Shown: in pieces, positions 1-12,941 of the stretch | How positions within the stretch are numbered: the first letter of the stretch is position 1 | How the letters are laid out: each line of letters starts with the position of its first letter | Origin: the human T2T-CHM13v2.0 reference genome, Homo sapiens | Assembly (NCBI RefSeq): GCF_009914755.1 | Contig: NC_060926.1 | DNA: 64,000 bases | Strand: one strand, 5' to 3' | Made by a program: the position numbers and the translations under genes | The notes under the pieces: generated by a model | What the model was told of the DNA's origin: nothing | Databases searched by the model: none | Seen by the model: the letters and a program-made list of their open reading frames with translations, nothing else

Positions 1-269
1 GCTGAGGCAAACGGGAGCCCAGGCTGGCGGTGGACCCAGTGGTGAGGGTGGGAGGGATGAGGGCGTGGGAGGAGGGGCCCCAGGCAGTGGCAAGGAGCTC
101 AGGAGGCTCCAGATTGGTGGCCTCATGCCCCCTGCCAAATGAGTTCCATCCCCATCAGGAAGTTGCCATTTCTAGGGGTTTAACACTGGGAAATGTCTTT
201 GGAATACCACAGTAACAGACAATAGGAAGTGCTACCACTTATTTATTTGGCCTCATGTTTCACACCATC

Positions 270-380
270 CTCCTGAGGATGTTTGTTTTGCATATAGGGA
301 AACTGAGGCTCTGAGAGGGGCAGAGTGTGCCCAAGGGCCATGATCAGTAAATGGCAGAGCCAGGACTGGAACCCAGGCCA
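270..380 (+). mobile_element. MIR SINE fragment
   Basis: gaaactgaggctctgagagg...tgcccaagg...gtaaatggcagagccaggactggaacccagg resembles the MIR core. Confidence 0.7.
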
Positions 381-539
381 CACTCATCCATGCCACTGCA
401 CTCATGTGTACACCCAAATGGTCAACGCCCTTCCCCGCAGTGCAGCAGCAACGCACCGCAGTTAAAGCAGCTGGGCTTGTTGCTCCCTGCAGCAAGGGGG
501 ACCCAAACAACAGTGAGCTGGGGTGTCTCCTAAGAGGGT

Positions 540-3270
540 GTCAGGAAGTAGCAATTGTAGGATGTGGGCCTTGGTTATTAGCTTATTTGGGGGGTGGGTC
601 TATGGAGTCAGGGGTTTGCTCTGGAGTGGAGGCTGGCTCAAGAGTGTCTAATGAACGCAGTCTATAGTTACACCAGAGTTAACAGTTTTTTCCTGTCTGT
701 TGTAAAGCGAGTTGTTGAATCGCATGATGAAAGAAATGGTGTGCAGTACCATCTAAAACTCTAGACAGGAGATACTAGCCAACCATTTACAGGTAATTAC
801 GAGAAACGCAAGGACTGTTAGTCCTCGTAACAGGTCTGCAAGACAAGGGCCTAGAGCGCCTCCAGGTAATGGGCGCATGTTCCAGAAGCCAGCTGGGTTG
901 GCTTTAGAGGTCAAGGCTTTTTCTAATAGTCACAAACTGTCCTGTTCCCCTGTGGTGTTTTTCTAGGTATAAAAAAGGAGTATTTGTTATGGCATGACCT
1001 GTCCCTTTGCTGGCTAAGAGGAAAATAAAGCTTATATGACTGTCCTTGATAACTCTAAAGAATGGACTTAGATTAGTCGGTTGGACTTTCAGAGCAGAGT
1101 GGTCTCGTTTATGGCTTCAGCTAAAATTACCAACTAGTTTTGAACTCTCTCTCTAGTCGTTTTATTCCTTTGGTGGGAACTGGAGTTTGCAGAGTATGCA
1201 TGAAGAGCAAATCAAGGATCGCTACTGGAAGGTTTTGGAATCATCTATGATAATTTTACGCTGGATTGCTGGGTATTCTTTCAAAGAATGGATTACTGGA
1301 GACGTGGGTGTTGTAAATATCTGAACATATCTAACCACTCTGAATATACATGAGTGTGTGGCAGACCAATATAAGCCTGACATGGGCTAATAAGATGTAG
1401 TGTCCCACTGAAGCACAGATCGTATGGGGAGCATATTATTATAATAGCAATAAATTTCGTGTCTTTGTGTGCCTTTTGTACAGAAGCTGTAGATCACGTA
1501 GAGGCGGGTGTGTTTTGGATATACTGTATAGTTCATATTTATGTTGAGATAAAGCTGGAAATAAAATGTAATCATGTAGAATCTAAGATGGGATGAAGCT
1601 TCAAACTGTATACAGTGGCATGTTATGAATTCATAAGAAGCAACATGGGACCTAGAGGTGGTTGATCGTATAATGCTAATGGTAATTTCTTAAGATGTAG
1701 AATTTTGGAGGTTTCTGAGAGGTATGCTATTTTTAAAAAAATTCCATTAGTTCTGTTTTTCTAGAGGACTGGAGAAAACAAGGACAGTGAAATCTCTGGA
1801 TTAAAGGCACAACTTCAGTGTTTCTTAATAACAGTATGTCTTAGTCCCTTTGTGTTGCTGTAAAGGAACACCTGAGGCTGAGTAATGTGTGAAGAGGTTT
1901 ATTTGGCTCAGGGTTCTGCAGGCTGTAGAGGCAGCAGCATTGGCTTCTGCTGAGGGCCTTGGGCTGGGTGCACTCCTGGTGGAGGTGAAGGAGAGCCCCG
2001 TGCAGACCACACGGTGAGAAAGGGAGGAAGAGGGAGGTGGGGGAAGGTGCCAAGCTCTTTTCAACAACTAGTTCTTGTGGGCACTAAGGGTGAGCACTTA
2101 GTCCCATGAGAATGGCACCAAGCCATTCACGAGGGCTCCATCCCCTCCACCAAGCCCCACCTTCCACACTGGGGATCATATTTCAACAAGAGACTCAGCA
2201 GGGCCAAACAAACCACAGCATTGGTCTGGAAAAAGGAGTATCTCTGTCATTAGAAGTAAGTGGGGATTTTCCAGGTTGGAAAACAAAATCAAGCACTTTT
2301 TGTCACTCTGGCAGGGAAATTTTCAATCCACAGTGAATATAAACAAACAATAACCAGAATGTATTTATAATCCACGGCAGAAGGCATTTGTATGGAGTCT
2401 ACTTGGAGGGGTCTGAAGGGCCTTCAAGCTCTCCAGTTCCTGCTCACGTCTACATTTAAATGTTTTATCAGGATTTCATTCACAGGGGGATGTTTTGTAA
2501 CCATTATTGGCAATACCTCTAAAATTACCTGGCTTAATTAATATTGTTGCCAATTTATTTTTACAGCTATCTAATTATGGGTAACATCATGAAGAATTTT
2601 TGTTAGATTCCACTATCACCTTTTTTCATGACATCAGCTGGCCCTCCTAAGATGTAAAAGGCATCAGAACTTTCCCCATTTTCTTTTTTCAAACCAGGGG
2701 CTTGTTCTGACACTAATAGCAGCCTCTGAATTTCTCAAGACCGGTGAGATCACAGGAGTGTTTCTATAGGCTGATCTTGTTTCTTTAGCACAGTGGTCAG
2801 CCCAAACACTGCCATTAGGATCTGAGTCTTTGTATTTGAATGACCTTTTACTATTACTATAGCTAAGATAGCAAAGCATCTAAAATGTCTTTGTTATCCA
2901 ACTTCTACAGGCATTTGTCAGGGTTAGAAGCCTGTTCCTAAAGCATTCAAATTTTGTGGACTAGCCCCAATCACATTTATTTATACTATCAATATAAACA
3001 TTTGTTCTTTTATTTTTTCCAACCTGCCCATGTGGGAGCAAATGTTTTAGTCATCTGTGATGACCTAATTTCTGGGATTGGTCTATATTTTAAGGGTGAA
3101 TTTAACTCTGTGGTAGCATTTTGAAATAGGAACAAGTAAAATTAGGACAAGGCTACTCAAAGGCATCTCTAACAAAATTACTAAAGCGTATTTTTTACAT
3201 TGAGAGTTAATAATTTGGTGACAAAAAGGAATCTTTCTTCAAATTTAGCATAACTAAATCACTTTACTTG
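540..3270 (-). mobile_element. Decayed ERV1-class proviral internal region (pol RNase H and env remnants), interrupted by an MST LTR
   Basis: Minus-strand translation near 2950-3010 gives RTNVYIDS...GLVH (RNase H-like); near 965-1135 it gives VILAEAINETT...RVIKDSHISFIFLLASKGTGHAITNT (env TM-like). Both carry stops or frameshifts; boundaries approximate. Confidence 0.65.
1837..2220. mobile_element. MaLR solo LTR (MSTB-like)
   Basis: tgtcttagtccctttgtgttgctgtaaaggaacacctgaggctg...gaggtttatttggctcagggttctgcaggctgta...aagccccaccttccacactggggatcatatttcaacaagag. Confidence 0.8.
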
Positions 3271-3798
3271 TGTGAAAATAATTCAAAATCAAAGCTGTTG
3301 AAATTTTATTTAGAGCCTTAAAGGAATGTGATGATGAGGCCTGAGTCATGCAACAGGCACCTATAACCTGTTTCTCTGATCATAGACTATCCTTTTTCTT
3401 TACCTACACTGTTTTGTAAAATGTTATAAAAAACTCATGGGCAGCAGGGAAGACCCCTTTCCTCCTAACTGTTGATCGTCATTATAATTTCCCTCTTTCT
3501 TCTCTTACACAAGGACCTCACAACTACTATACTCTCTAAATCACAATGTTAAATATAGTCTTTTCAATTGGAAAGAAAAAACATCAAGCTGTAACTAATC
3601 AAATTGCTGTAGCTCATAAGCCAGACTCATATGGAAAATGCCGTGATTCCACTAAATGTGTTTTCTGCCTGTATAAAAGAGACCTTAACCTTTTAGCTCC
3701 GGAACACTGACCCCTTTCCTTTGGAGTCTGTGTTTCCCGGATGGCTAAAACAGTCTTTTAAATGAGATTCTGATCCTTTACATTATTTCAGGTTGTCA
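3271..3798 (+). mobile_element. ERV1-type LTR (subfamily not determined)
   Basis: Starts TGTGAAAA, ends ttatttcaggttgtCA, has a TATA-like gtataaaa near 3671; ~530 bp. Confidence 0.6.
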
Positions 3799-3908
3799 TG
3801 AAAAATCCAAATTCTAATTTCACTCCTTTGATACACAGTTTAGGTAAAAAAACATTTAAAAAAGATTATACCTTTGTTTATACGTATTTATATAAACATA
3901 TAAGATAC

Positions 3909-4218
3909 CTGGGCATAGCAGCTCATGTTTGTAATCCCAGCACTTTGGGAGGCTGACGCAGGAGGATCGCTTGCGCTCAGGAGTTTGAGACCAGAGGGGG
4001 CAACGAAGCAAGACCTCATCCCTATAAAAAACAAAAAATAAAAAAATAAAAAAAAATTAGCCAGATGTGGTGGTCCGTGTCTTTTGTCCCAGCTACCTGG
4101 GAGACTGAGGTGGGAGAGCTGCTTGGGCCTGGAAGTTCAGGGCTGCAGTGAGCCTATGATTGTGCCACTGCACTTCAGCCTGGGCGACAGAGCAAGACCC
4201 AGTCTCAAAATAAATAAA
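3909..4218 (+). mobile_element. Alu (AluJ-like)
   Basis: Dimeric Alu with A-rich linker and tail; diverged, J-like (ggaggatcgcttg, gggctgcagtgagc). Confidence 0.9.
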
Positions 4219-4578
4219 GACATCCACTATCATTTCATGTAAATATAATTATATACAACCTGTAATTTTAAATTCAACCTTGGCCTAGTACAAAGCGACT
4301 ATCATGCCAACAAGTGTTCACTGTAAACAGACTGAGTTGTGTCAGATCTTCAGATTTGGTGGGTATGTTGCCACTCAAATACCTACCCTTAGAGTAATTA
4401 TTTGGAAAGCACAAGTAACAGAAGAGACCCTTGTTTGTATCTTCTCCCAAGTACACAGTGTTTCTCTCAAGCCTGCTGGCGAGGCTCATGGGGTGAAATT
4501 AGAACTTAAAAAAGGAGTTTGGTCGGGGGGGGTCTCAGGCGATTGTTCTGATGAAGCAAGTTTAGAATCAATTCCTGA

Positions 4579-4919
<341 letters not shown>

Positions 4920-6524
4920 CAGTTTTTCTTTGGTTTAAGTGAGGGTTTATATGAAGCTCACCTGTATGTAGAGCTTTACACGTCATTATCTGCTTTGGTG
5001 TAGAAAGAGAATCCCAAGACTTGAATTTGTCCTGATCGTGCAAGTGCACGTAGGAAACCCTGCTGCTAACATTGTACAAGGCCTGATGTCAGCCTACACA
5101 CCATAGCTCTGGTTGCACAGGAAATCTGGTGTCCCCGAGGGACAAATCACAAGTTGTCAAAACAATGAGACTTGTTCTGTGAGCTTTGGTATAAAGCAGA
5201 GAAAAGGTCAGGTTCACAATCACGCCAAATAACATTTTGACTAAATCACTCCCACCTTCATGGGGATAGTTTTGATTTCATGATGTAACTAGCCTCCAAC
5301 AGAACATTTATGTTACCTAGCAAAGCCTGGCTTTAACACAGACTGGAAACAAGACAATGAGAAAAGCAAGTTGGAACAGGCAAGATTAAACCAACCGATG
5401 CGTTGTGGCGTACCGAGACTCGCCTCGTGTCTGTGTGAACTCAACAGGGACCATGGAGGAGCTGAAAGTCTTAAAATTGGAAAAGGGTCAACACACTTCT
5501 AGTTAAAAGAAAAAAAATAAAATTTAGATGTGTAGTCTTTACTACTGCACCTTACAGGCTTGGCTAAGTCATTTCCAGTCTGCACCAAGGCTCCGTTTCC
5601 AGCAGCCCCAGCTGGTATTTCTACATGGCACCCTGTGTGACTGCCACCTGTGGCTCCATTCCTCAGTAGCACACAGGTTGCTTTCCATCCAGCCTGGCTT
5701 TGGGGTATAGCTGTATTAGCAGGTAAACTGCTAAAGCATTTTAATACCAGTGGGTAAATAGCTGTTTCTAGTACCCCCAGCCCCTGTGCCATAGCCCAAG
5801 GCATCCCCCCTTGTCTCCAAGCCATCATTTAGAAATGAAAGGGCCAAAGGGGCACTGCATGCTGTGTTGCTGCTGGTAAGCTCCCACAGGTGGCCCCCAG
5901 AGCCCTCCCCCAGGCTGCCCGAGTCCCTGCTGTCTTCCCTCTGTGCCCCTGCTGTCTTCCCTCTGTGCCCCGCTTCTCTCCTTTTCTGTCTTCCTCTCAC
6001 CATACAACTTCCTCAGACTGAAGGCTGGTAAAGGTTGGCCAGTGTTAGAACATGCAGTGGTGAGTTGGACACAGACTGTTCCTGAGAATGGTGACTGTGA
6101 CCAGAAGGAAGGCAGCACAGTGGGTGCCATGTGAATCTGCGGTCAGCCTGACCTGGGGCCTCTGAGCCAGCACTGCCCAGCCAGGTTCCTCAAGTATAAT
6201 GGAGTAACCCAACATATCCCAAAGTGTTAGCCAGGTACCTGACAGAGTCAGTATTCAATAAATGGTAGCAATTACTGCTTTTTATGAGGCCTTTTAGGAT
6301 AGTGGCAGAGGGAAAACGCTTACTGGATGAATCCAAACAGGCTTTCAAGTTGTTTTCGATCAAGGACCCTCCATGATTGCCATGGGAACACACAGAACTC
6401 CATTAGACTGCAGGAAGTTCCAGCAATGAGAAGGCAAACCCCGTCTTAACCTGTCAGCTCCACAGAGTAAGGCAAGGATAAGGTGGTTTACTTTGGTGTG
6501 AGAAAATCCTAATAAATACACCTT

Positions 6525-6575
6525 GTGTGTAAAAAAACCCACAAAACAAGGCTTTTGAAAAAAGCATCATTTATT
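6525..6575 (-). terminator. TMEM131 polyadenylation signal with downstream GU/U-rich element
   Basis: Plus TTTATT at 6570-6575 is AATAAA on minus; ~20 nt further the minus strand reads cttgttttgtgggttttttt. Confidence 0.8.
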
Positions 6576-7315
6576 TCAAAGTACAACACAAAGTTGTATT
6601 TTTAAGAAATACACATTCAATCTTGTATCTCAAGACTTGGCTATGTGCATTTCAGTTCATCTTTAAAATAAGTTCAGGTATACAAATGTTACATACCTCA
6701 AGTACAAACAGCACAGAAAATGCATATGGTCTCAACTGAATGTTTTTACATTCATTCACCGTTCTTAAGTTGACTTACATTTCTGTAATCTGCTTTTAAA
6801 CCAAGACAGCCTTACTTTAAAAAAATACTCTATTTTCAGCACAAAGTCCTCATACAGTTTTAAAATTAGATCTTGGCGCATAATATTGAGAAATTATTAA
6901 AAACCAAACTTGGTAATTTAACAAAATTGTCACATGCCAGGATTTCTGAATCAACTCAAATTATTTCCTTAGCTGTAATGTCAAATCTGTGTTCATACAG
7001 ATAAATAAAGCATGGGGAAGACAGGTGGTGAAAACGCAGTAACGGGAAAGGTTCTCAGATGTACAGGTCTTATTAGAGTTTGTGGCTGAGTCCAGACTTT
7101 TCTCTAAAAGCACAACAGCAAATCTCATGTTATCATAATTGCAAGAAAGATCTGAAAGAAGCGAGTGGTCTGAGCCTGCCCTGCTTGGGTCTGTTTTGCA
7201 AAGAAGAGGAGGGTGGGGAGGGGAGCTGCAGTAAGAGCCTTAAAAAGATGTCTCAGAAACTGGCACATCATGATCTAGACGAGGGCCCACTATGTTTGTT
7301 TGTTTTTTGCTTAAT
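6550..7315 (-). other. TMEM131: TMEM131 3' UTR (approx. 0.76 kb)
   Basis: Lies between the stop codon and the poly(A) signal; AT-rich and repeat-free; cleavage site approximate. Confidence 0.8.
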
Positions 7316-7600
7316 TTAATTCTCGTGAGGAAAGTGCGAATTAGACCAAGGGTCCGAGCTTCTTCTTCCAATCGTGGGGCTCCATATCCGCCACGGGTTG
7401 TAGGTCTGTCCCAAGTCGTCAGCTGGACTGGAGGTGGAGGGAGCGTGAGGAGCAGGGGAGTTTTCTGTGCCCATGAGGCCGATGCTTGCCAGCGTGTTTG
7501 CTGGAGTGGTGAAGGGAAGGGCGCTGCTAAGGTTGCTGGACCAAATGGAGCTGCTGAATGGAGTGGTGGACCACAGGCCGCTGGTGTTACCGAGGACCGA
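7316..7600 (-). CDS. TMEM131: TMEM131 terminal coding exon (SVLGNTSGLW...YNPWRIWSPTIGRRSSDPWSNSHFPHEN*)
   Basis: Acceptor tgtcgcag| at 7601-7602, phase 0, 285 nt ending in TAA. Confidence 0.95.
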   Translation of the reverse strand, partial: SVLGNTSGLWSTTPFSSSIWSSNLSSALPFTTPANTLASIGLMGTENSPAPHAPSTSSPADDLGQTYNPWRIWSPTIGRRSSDPWSNSHFPHEN

Positions 7601-7723
7601 CTGCGACAAAACAGAAAGCGTCCAGCACTGAGCCCGGCAGGCAGAGGGTCAAGTGGGTAAGGGGGTAAGGCTACAGAAAAGATGAGGCTGGGGCACGCAT
7701 TCCTCTTACTTTGTTTACTTTAG

Positions 7724-7916
<193 letters not shown>

Positions 7917-7939
7917 AGTTGTGATATTTTAAAAAAGAC

Positions 7940-8099
7940 AGCTTGTGGACCAAATCCAGCTCTGCCTACTTTTGTAAAGAGAGTTGTATTGGAACACAGC
8001 TGCGCCCATCGGCCTGTGCACTGCAATGGCAGTGGTGAAGCATGGCCTTCAGAGCCTCAAATAGTTACTATCTGACTCTTTATAGAAAGTTTGCTGACT
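7940..8099 (+). mobile_element. MER58A-like hAT-Charlie DNA transposon, interrupted by an Alu
   Basis: ccaaatccagc...tttgtaaagagagttgtattggaacacagc...gcctcaaatagttactatctgactctttatagaaagtttgctgac. Confidence 0.7.
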
Positions 8100-8100
8100 C

Positions 8101-8393
<293 letters not shown>

Positions 8394-9109
8394 TTAAGGT
8401 GGTTTTAAAACATAAGGCTGAATAATTACACATGAAGACAACCTTTGGAATCTGTAAAGTTGAAATATCTGTTATAAAACCTTGCATGTTTAGTTTCTCT
8501 GAGAACAAAGAGGCAAACACAGTGGGGTCATATTTTTCTGTCATAATTTTGTGGAAGCCAAAACCACTAATTATTTTCCTTGGCAAGAATACTCTTTTCA
8601 GCATGGTCTTTGCAGAAGACTTTAGCCAAGAAGCAAACAAATGCACTCTTGAAAATCTAACCTAAGAGACAGGTGCTTCTCAGCAACAAAGTAAATGCAG
8701 TATCTAGCTTGCTCCTGGGTGGCCAGTGGCTGCATTGCACAGATGCCGAAGGCTTCCCTCAACCATCTGAACCTGCCATAGGCCTATGGTCACCCTTGTG
8801 GTCCATTTACAGGTTGGGAAGAGGCAGAAAATGCCCTTGAGCTATTAGGAGGGACTCCAGAGACCAACCCCATAGCTGTTCAGTTGTTCTTCCTAAAACT
8901 TCCTGATTGTAATGGCTCTGAAGAACATCGATCAGTCATTTTGACAGAATATGAAGACAAAGCAATGGAGACAATAAAAGTACTAACCCACCCCTCTGAT
9001 GCTGCTGTTTGTTGTTTATAACTATGTCAGTGCCATCCATGTCACAGCAATGGCAGATGGCGAGTGGGTGGGCCAGGTCCAGGCCCCAGCCCCAGCCCCA
9101 AGTACTCAC

Positions 9110-9270
9110 TGTGGCTGTGTGGGTCGGGGAGCCGGAACTGGCTGGCCAGGAAGGACTGGGATCTGTCGCTGGCGACTCCCAAAGGTATGAAGGGCCACTA
9201 TTAAACTCGTTCCAGCTCCTCTGTGAGGCCTGATTGCACGATCGAGATAATCCGAGTTTGCTGAAAACTT
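9110..9270 (-). CDS. TMEM131: TMEM131 coding exon (EVFSKLGLSRSCNQ...GSPTHTAT)
   Basis: ttccag| acceptor, |GTGAGT donor, 161 nt, phase 1->0. Confidence 0.93.
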
Positions 9271-9868
9271 CTGGAAATAAAGCAACAGTCATCAAGTCCA
9301 TATTTGGTTTTGCCATGATCACTATAGCATATGGGGCTTCACTCAATGGCATACCTCCAACCACTGCTCCTGGAGCCACCACACCCACTTCACCAGCCCA
9401 CCACAGCCCAGAGGAAGTAGGGGCAGGAGTGTCCTCCAGAACTCAAACGCATAGTGCACGAGCTGATATGCCACCAATGACATCCAAATGCAAACTTTCC
9501 CCACTCTCACATGATAGCTAATGGGAAGCTTCCATGGTGACCTCTAGTTCTGGACAGCAAGAAGAGGACCCCTGGCACACTCAGGGGTCCCATTTCAGAC
9601 CAGAACCCTTCTGTGAAGCCCTTCAATACCCGCCATGGAACTCACACCAACTGGTGTGCGCACACCGTGTCGAGCCTGGTCCACTGCCCCTCTGGGCTGC
9701 TGGTGTGGATGAGGGAGGAAGAGGGGAGGGGACCCTTCCCAGGGAGCTTCCTGCGGGGCCTCTTCCACAGTGCTGCTGTGCTGTGTTCTCCAGCACACAA
9801 AACCACACCTCCTCTCCCTTCCTCTGTCCACAGGCTTATTAGTTACACATCTAGTGTTAAACACTCAC

Positions 9869-9966
9869 CACCAGTTAGATTAAAAGAGTTTCCAAAGGCG
9901 GAGAACGAATTGAGGGGAGTGAAGTCAGGGCTGCTTGGGTTGCTGACGGGACTCCACAAACCCGAG
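9869..9966 (-). CDS. TMEM131: TMEM131 coding exon (SSGLWSPVSNPSSPDFTPLNSFSAFGNSFNLTG)
   Basis: tttag| acceptor, |GTGAGT donor, 98 nt, phase 2->1. Confidence 0.93.
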
Positions 9967-10809
9967 CTAAATGTTACAAGAGGAAAACGCAACACACAAA
10001 AATGTATGGTGGTTAGTGCAAACGGATCCATAGTGCACAGCTTCACAAACAGGAGACACTGCTTCAACTGGGGGTACTCAAATATTAAAAACAGACAAAA
10101 GGAAGAGCTGAACAATGGCTGCTTACCACAAGGGTTGAGTCGGAGGGAGCCCCAGAGCTCCGGATGCCCTATCACTAGCTCACAGCCAGGTTCAAAGCAA
10201 GTGTTTTGCAGAGAAACAGACATTTTTTCCTTCTGTTTGCTTTTTGGTACTGGAAGATTTATTTAAAAACTATTTCAAATCTAGAACTCATTTCCTATTA
10301 GTGCAAAGTAGGTAAATTGGGGCTCTATTGTTGCTTATCTGGAAAAGTCAACCAAGGTGACTGCTGCAGGCCACCACACCCCCTGCATGATAAACAAGCC
10401 TGCTCAAGAAAGAGGCGTGGCCAGTGATTTACTATAAATTGGCTAGTATTTGCTCCAGATTTCCCCCCTCCCAAGTCACTTTCGCTCTTCTATTTTTAAT
10501 GATCAGATCACATCTTACCACAGACCAGGAGATGGAGGAGAGTGAGAACAGGTGTAACGTGTGTCTGCCTGGCTGAGACAGGCATGGGTGCCCCCTTTCT
10601 CTATCTGGACCCCCTGGGGAAGGCACCGCAGCCGGCTTTCTGCTTCCACCCAGCAGACATGATTTCTTAGAGGCACTTGACCACTTCTGACAAATGCCTC
10701 CTTGTAAATTAGGGGAAAAATGCCCTGAAACCCATTTATGGATAAAAAGGTGCTAACCCGACTTGAGAAGCCTTCCGTCTTTCTAGCGGTTAGTGGTGGT
10801 CTACCGTAC

Positions 10810-10906
10810 CTGTCTGAGCCATCGCTGTCAACAGGAGCGTGTGAAATGCCAAGGCTGCTGGAGAAACCTGTTTTGTTTGAAGAAACTTTAGCAAAGCCAT
10901 TCCCAC
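10810..10906 (-). CDS. TMEM131: TMEM131 coding exon (GGNGFAKVSSNKTGFSSSLGISHAPVDSDGSD)
   Basis: ttacag| acceptor, AG|GTACGG donor, 97 nt, phase 1->2. Confidence 0.92.
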
Positions 10907-11009
10907 CTGTAACAATGGACGTTCAATCAATGGAAGGCACATTAGGACAGAGGTCATTCCACCAGGCCTGGCGCCTGGCGTGGCAGGTCTCTGAAGCAAA
11001 GGCACTGAC

Positions 11010-11131
11010 CTGGGCTCTTGTCGTAGCCAGCCGTGACTGCAGCAAAAGTGGGGTTGCCGTTCTTGCCCGGGAGCGAGGCTGCCTTTGTCAACTTGTGTTT
11101 GCTTCCATTTGGCTGTTTTATTTTAGGGTCA
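11010..11131 (-). CDS. TMEM131: TMEM131 coding exon (SDPKIKQPNG...AGYDKSP)
   Basis: tttttcaag| acceptor, G|GTCAGT donor, 122 nt, phase 2->1. Confidence 0.92.
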
Positions 11132-12251
11132 CTTGAAAAAGAAGCAAAGAGAGAACTCATTCCTCATCAGCAGTGCCCTGTCTCGGGGAGGTGTGGGGCT
11201 GGCAGGACTGAGCCCTGAGTGGGCTTCTCTGCAGCGGGGCAGCTCACAGAGCATCGCTCAGCCTCATGTCACATGCTCTGGGGCCTCAGACTGCTTAATC
11301 AGACAGAGATAGAGGGCTTTCTGGAGAAAGGTAAGAAAACAAAAGATCACTATGAAAGAGACCAGGGCAGGGATCACAATTTAGGGACTGGCAGAGGCTT
11401 CGATCACACTTTTGTGAAGAATGCTAGAGAGCCACTCGGCAGGAAATGCAGAGGGCAGCCACCGACACCGGAAAGGGCGGGGCCTCAGGGAGTCTCCTTC
11501 CCTGCCAGGACACGGCGAGGTGCTCCTGTGGCAAGGCCCAGAAGCGGGGTGGCTCCCCCAGCCTCAGTGGTTACTGCCTCTTGGGCAACGGCGGGGAGGA
11601 CCTGACCCTAGGCTGGCCGGTGACGCGATGCACAGAAACCCACGCCACGGCGAGGCACACGGTGAGAGTGCCATCCGTGACTGTCAGGCTTGCGGTACAC
11701 TGTGGCAGGCGGACACGAGTGAGGCTCCGTGCCTCGGAGAACAGCATGCTTCCTGCATCCTGTCTGTGTGGTCAGGAGGCTGCCCTCCCGGGTGCACACA
11801 TCCCCTACTGCAGCACCTCACCCAGCACAACGGTCTTGGACCAGGTCCTGCCCTTCTAAGTCCTAAGCCAAATTGTCCAAAGGCCAAAATTAGTGTCACA
11901 TAAACCCATACTCCCAACTCACAGGAATCCCCTTTAGGTCTTCATGTAAGGCTTAGTAAATGTTCATTGGCTCACTGAGAATATCACTCTAGTGAGTTAA
12001 ATGGTGCATTTCTCGGTCCACAGGTGGTAAGAATGAATGGATTAGAATGGGAACCGGGTTACTGTTGGAGCTGGGCACAGCAGCAGGAAGCGGGGGTGGA
12101 CCCCAGGTAAAAGGGTCCACACAAGCTGGCAGCCATCAGAAGTAACACCAGACAGTGGCCTGTGGCCGCTAAGTGTTTCCATTTAAAGGGTGTGACATCG
12201 GGTTTTAGGCACATTTCAAGCTGAGAACCGGAAAGGAAGCAGCAGGCCTAC

Positions 12252-12417
12252 CTGCTGGAGCTGCTGTTGACGATGCTGCTGTAGCTGCCCCGGGCCACAA
12301 AGGGGCAGGGGGCAGCTGGGGGAGACGGGGAAGCAGGTGTCGGTGAGGTCTGGCGTTGTTTTAAGAAAATGTCTGCGTTGAGGGTTTGCAGAGAAAGTTT
12401 ATAAAGACTATCAGTAG
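12252..12417 (-). CDS. TMEM131: TMEM131 coding exon (STDSLYKLSLQTLNADIFLKQRQ...SIVNSSSS)
   Basis: ttccag| acceptor, AG|GTAGGC donor, 166 nt, phase 1->2. Confidence 0.93.
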
Positions 12418-12941
12418 CTGGAAATTAAAAACAAACGGGCTCGTTAGTGTGGTGTTTTGATTAGCGCTCTTCCAAATCACTTTGAATGTTCTCTAAGACT
12501 ATGCATAACTCAAGCCCTTCTACAAAGAAAACAAACGAAAGCTCTTAGATGTGTTCTGTTTAACAGGTTTTAAAGAGAAAGCAGCCACATCTCTCTGCAC
12601 TCGGGGATTTGAGGGGAGCAAGAGCGTGCCCGGTCCCTGCTGTGTTGTGTGGCGGACAGTCAATGTCTTCACTTCTCCCACCTCAGGTAGGGGAGGAGGG
12701 TCTTCCACATCCTCCAGGGGTGGACAGCTGAGGCCGCTGCCTGGGGACCTGGAAAATCCTTGTGCCTACACGCAGGTTTACAGCTGTGGGAGGTGCAGTG
12801 TTCCGGGCTGAATCCCCAAGTTCAGTAAAGCCTCTCCATTGGCGTGACTGGGATGTGCAGCTCTGATCCCTATTAAGCTCCTAGTATATTCCTGTGCCCT
12901 TTAAAGTAATGTCTATACAGCTGTTTTAAAAATCTAAAACA

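Noticed and set aside
1-540. Possible exon of the neighbouring gene (ZAP70 is known to lie tail-to-tail with TMEM131)
   Set aside because: No kinase or SH2-like translation in the window, so it cannot be supported from this sequence
9613-10266. 217-aa plus-strand ORF
   Set aside because: Non-ATG start, antisense to a real exon, no recognisable domain
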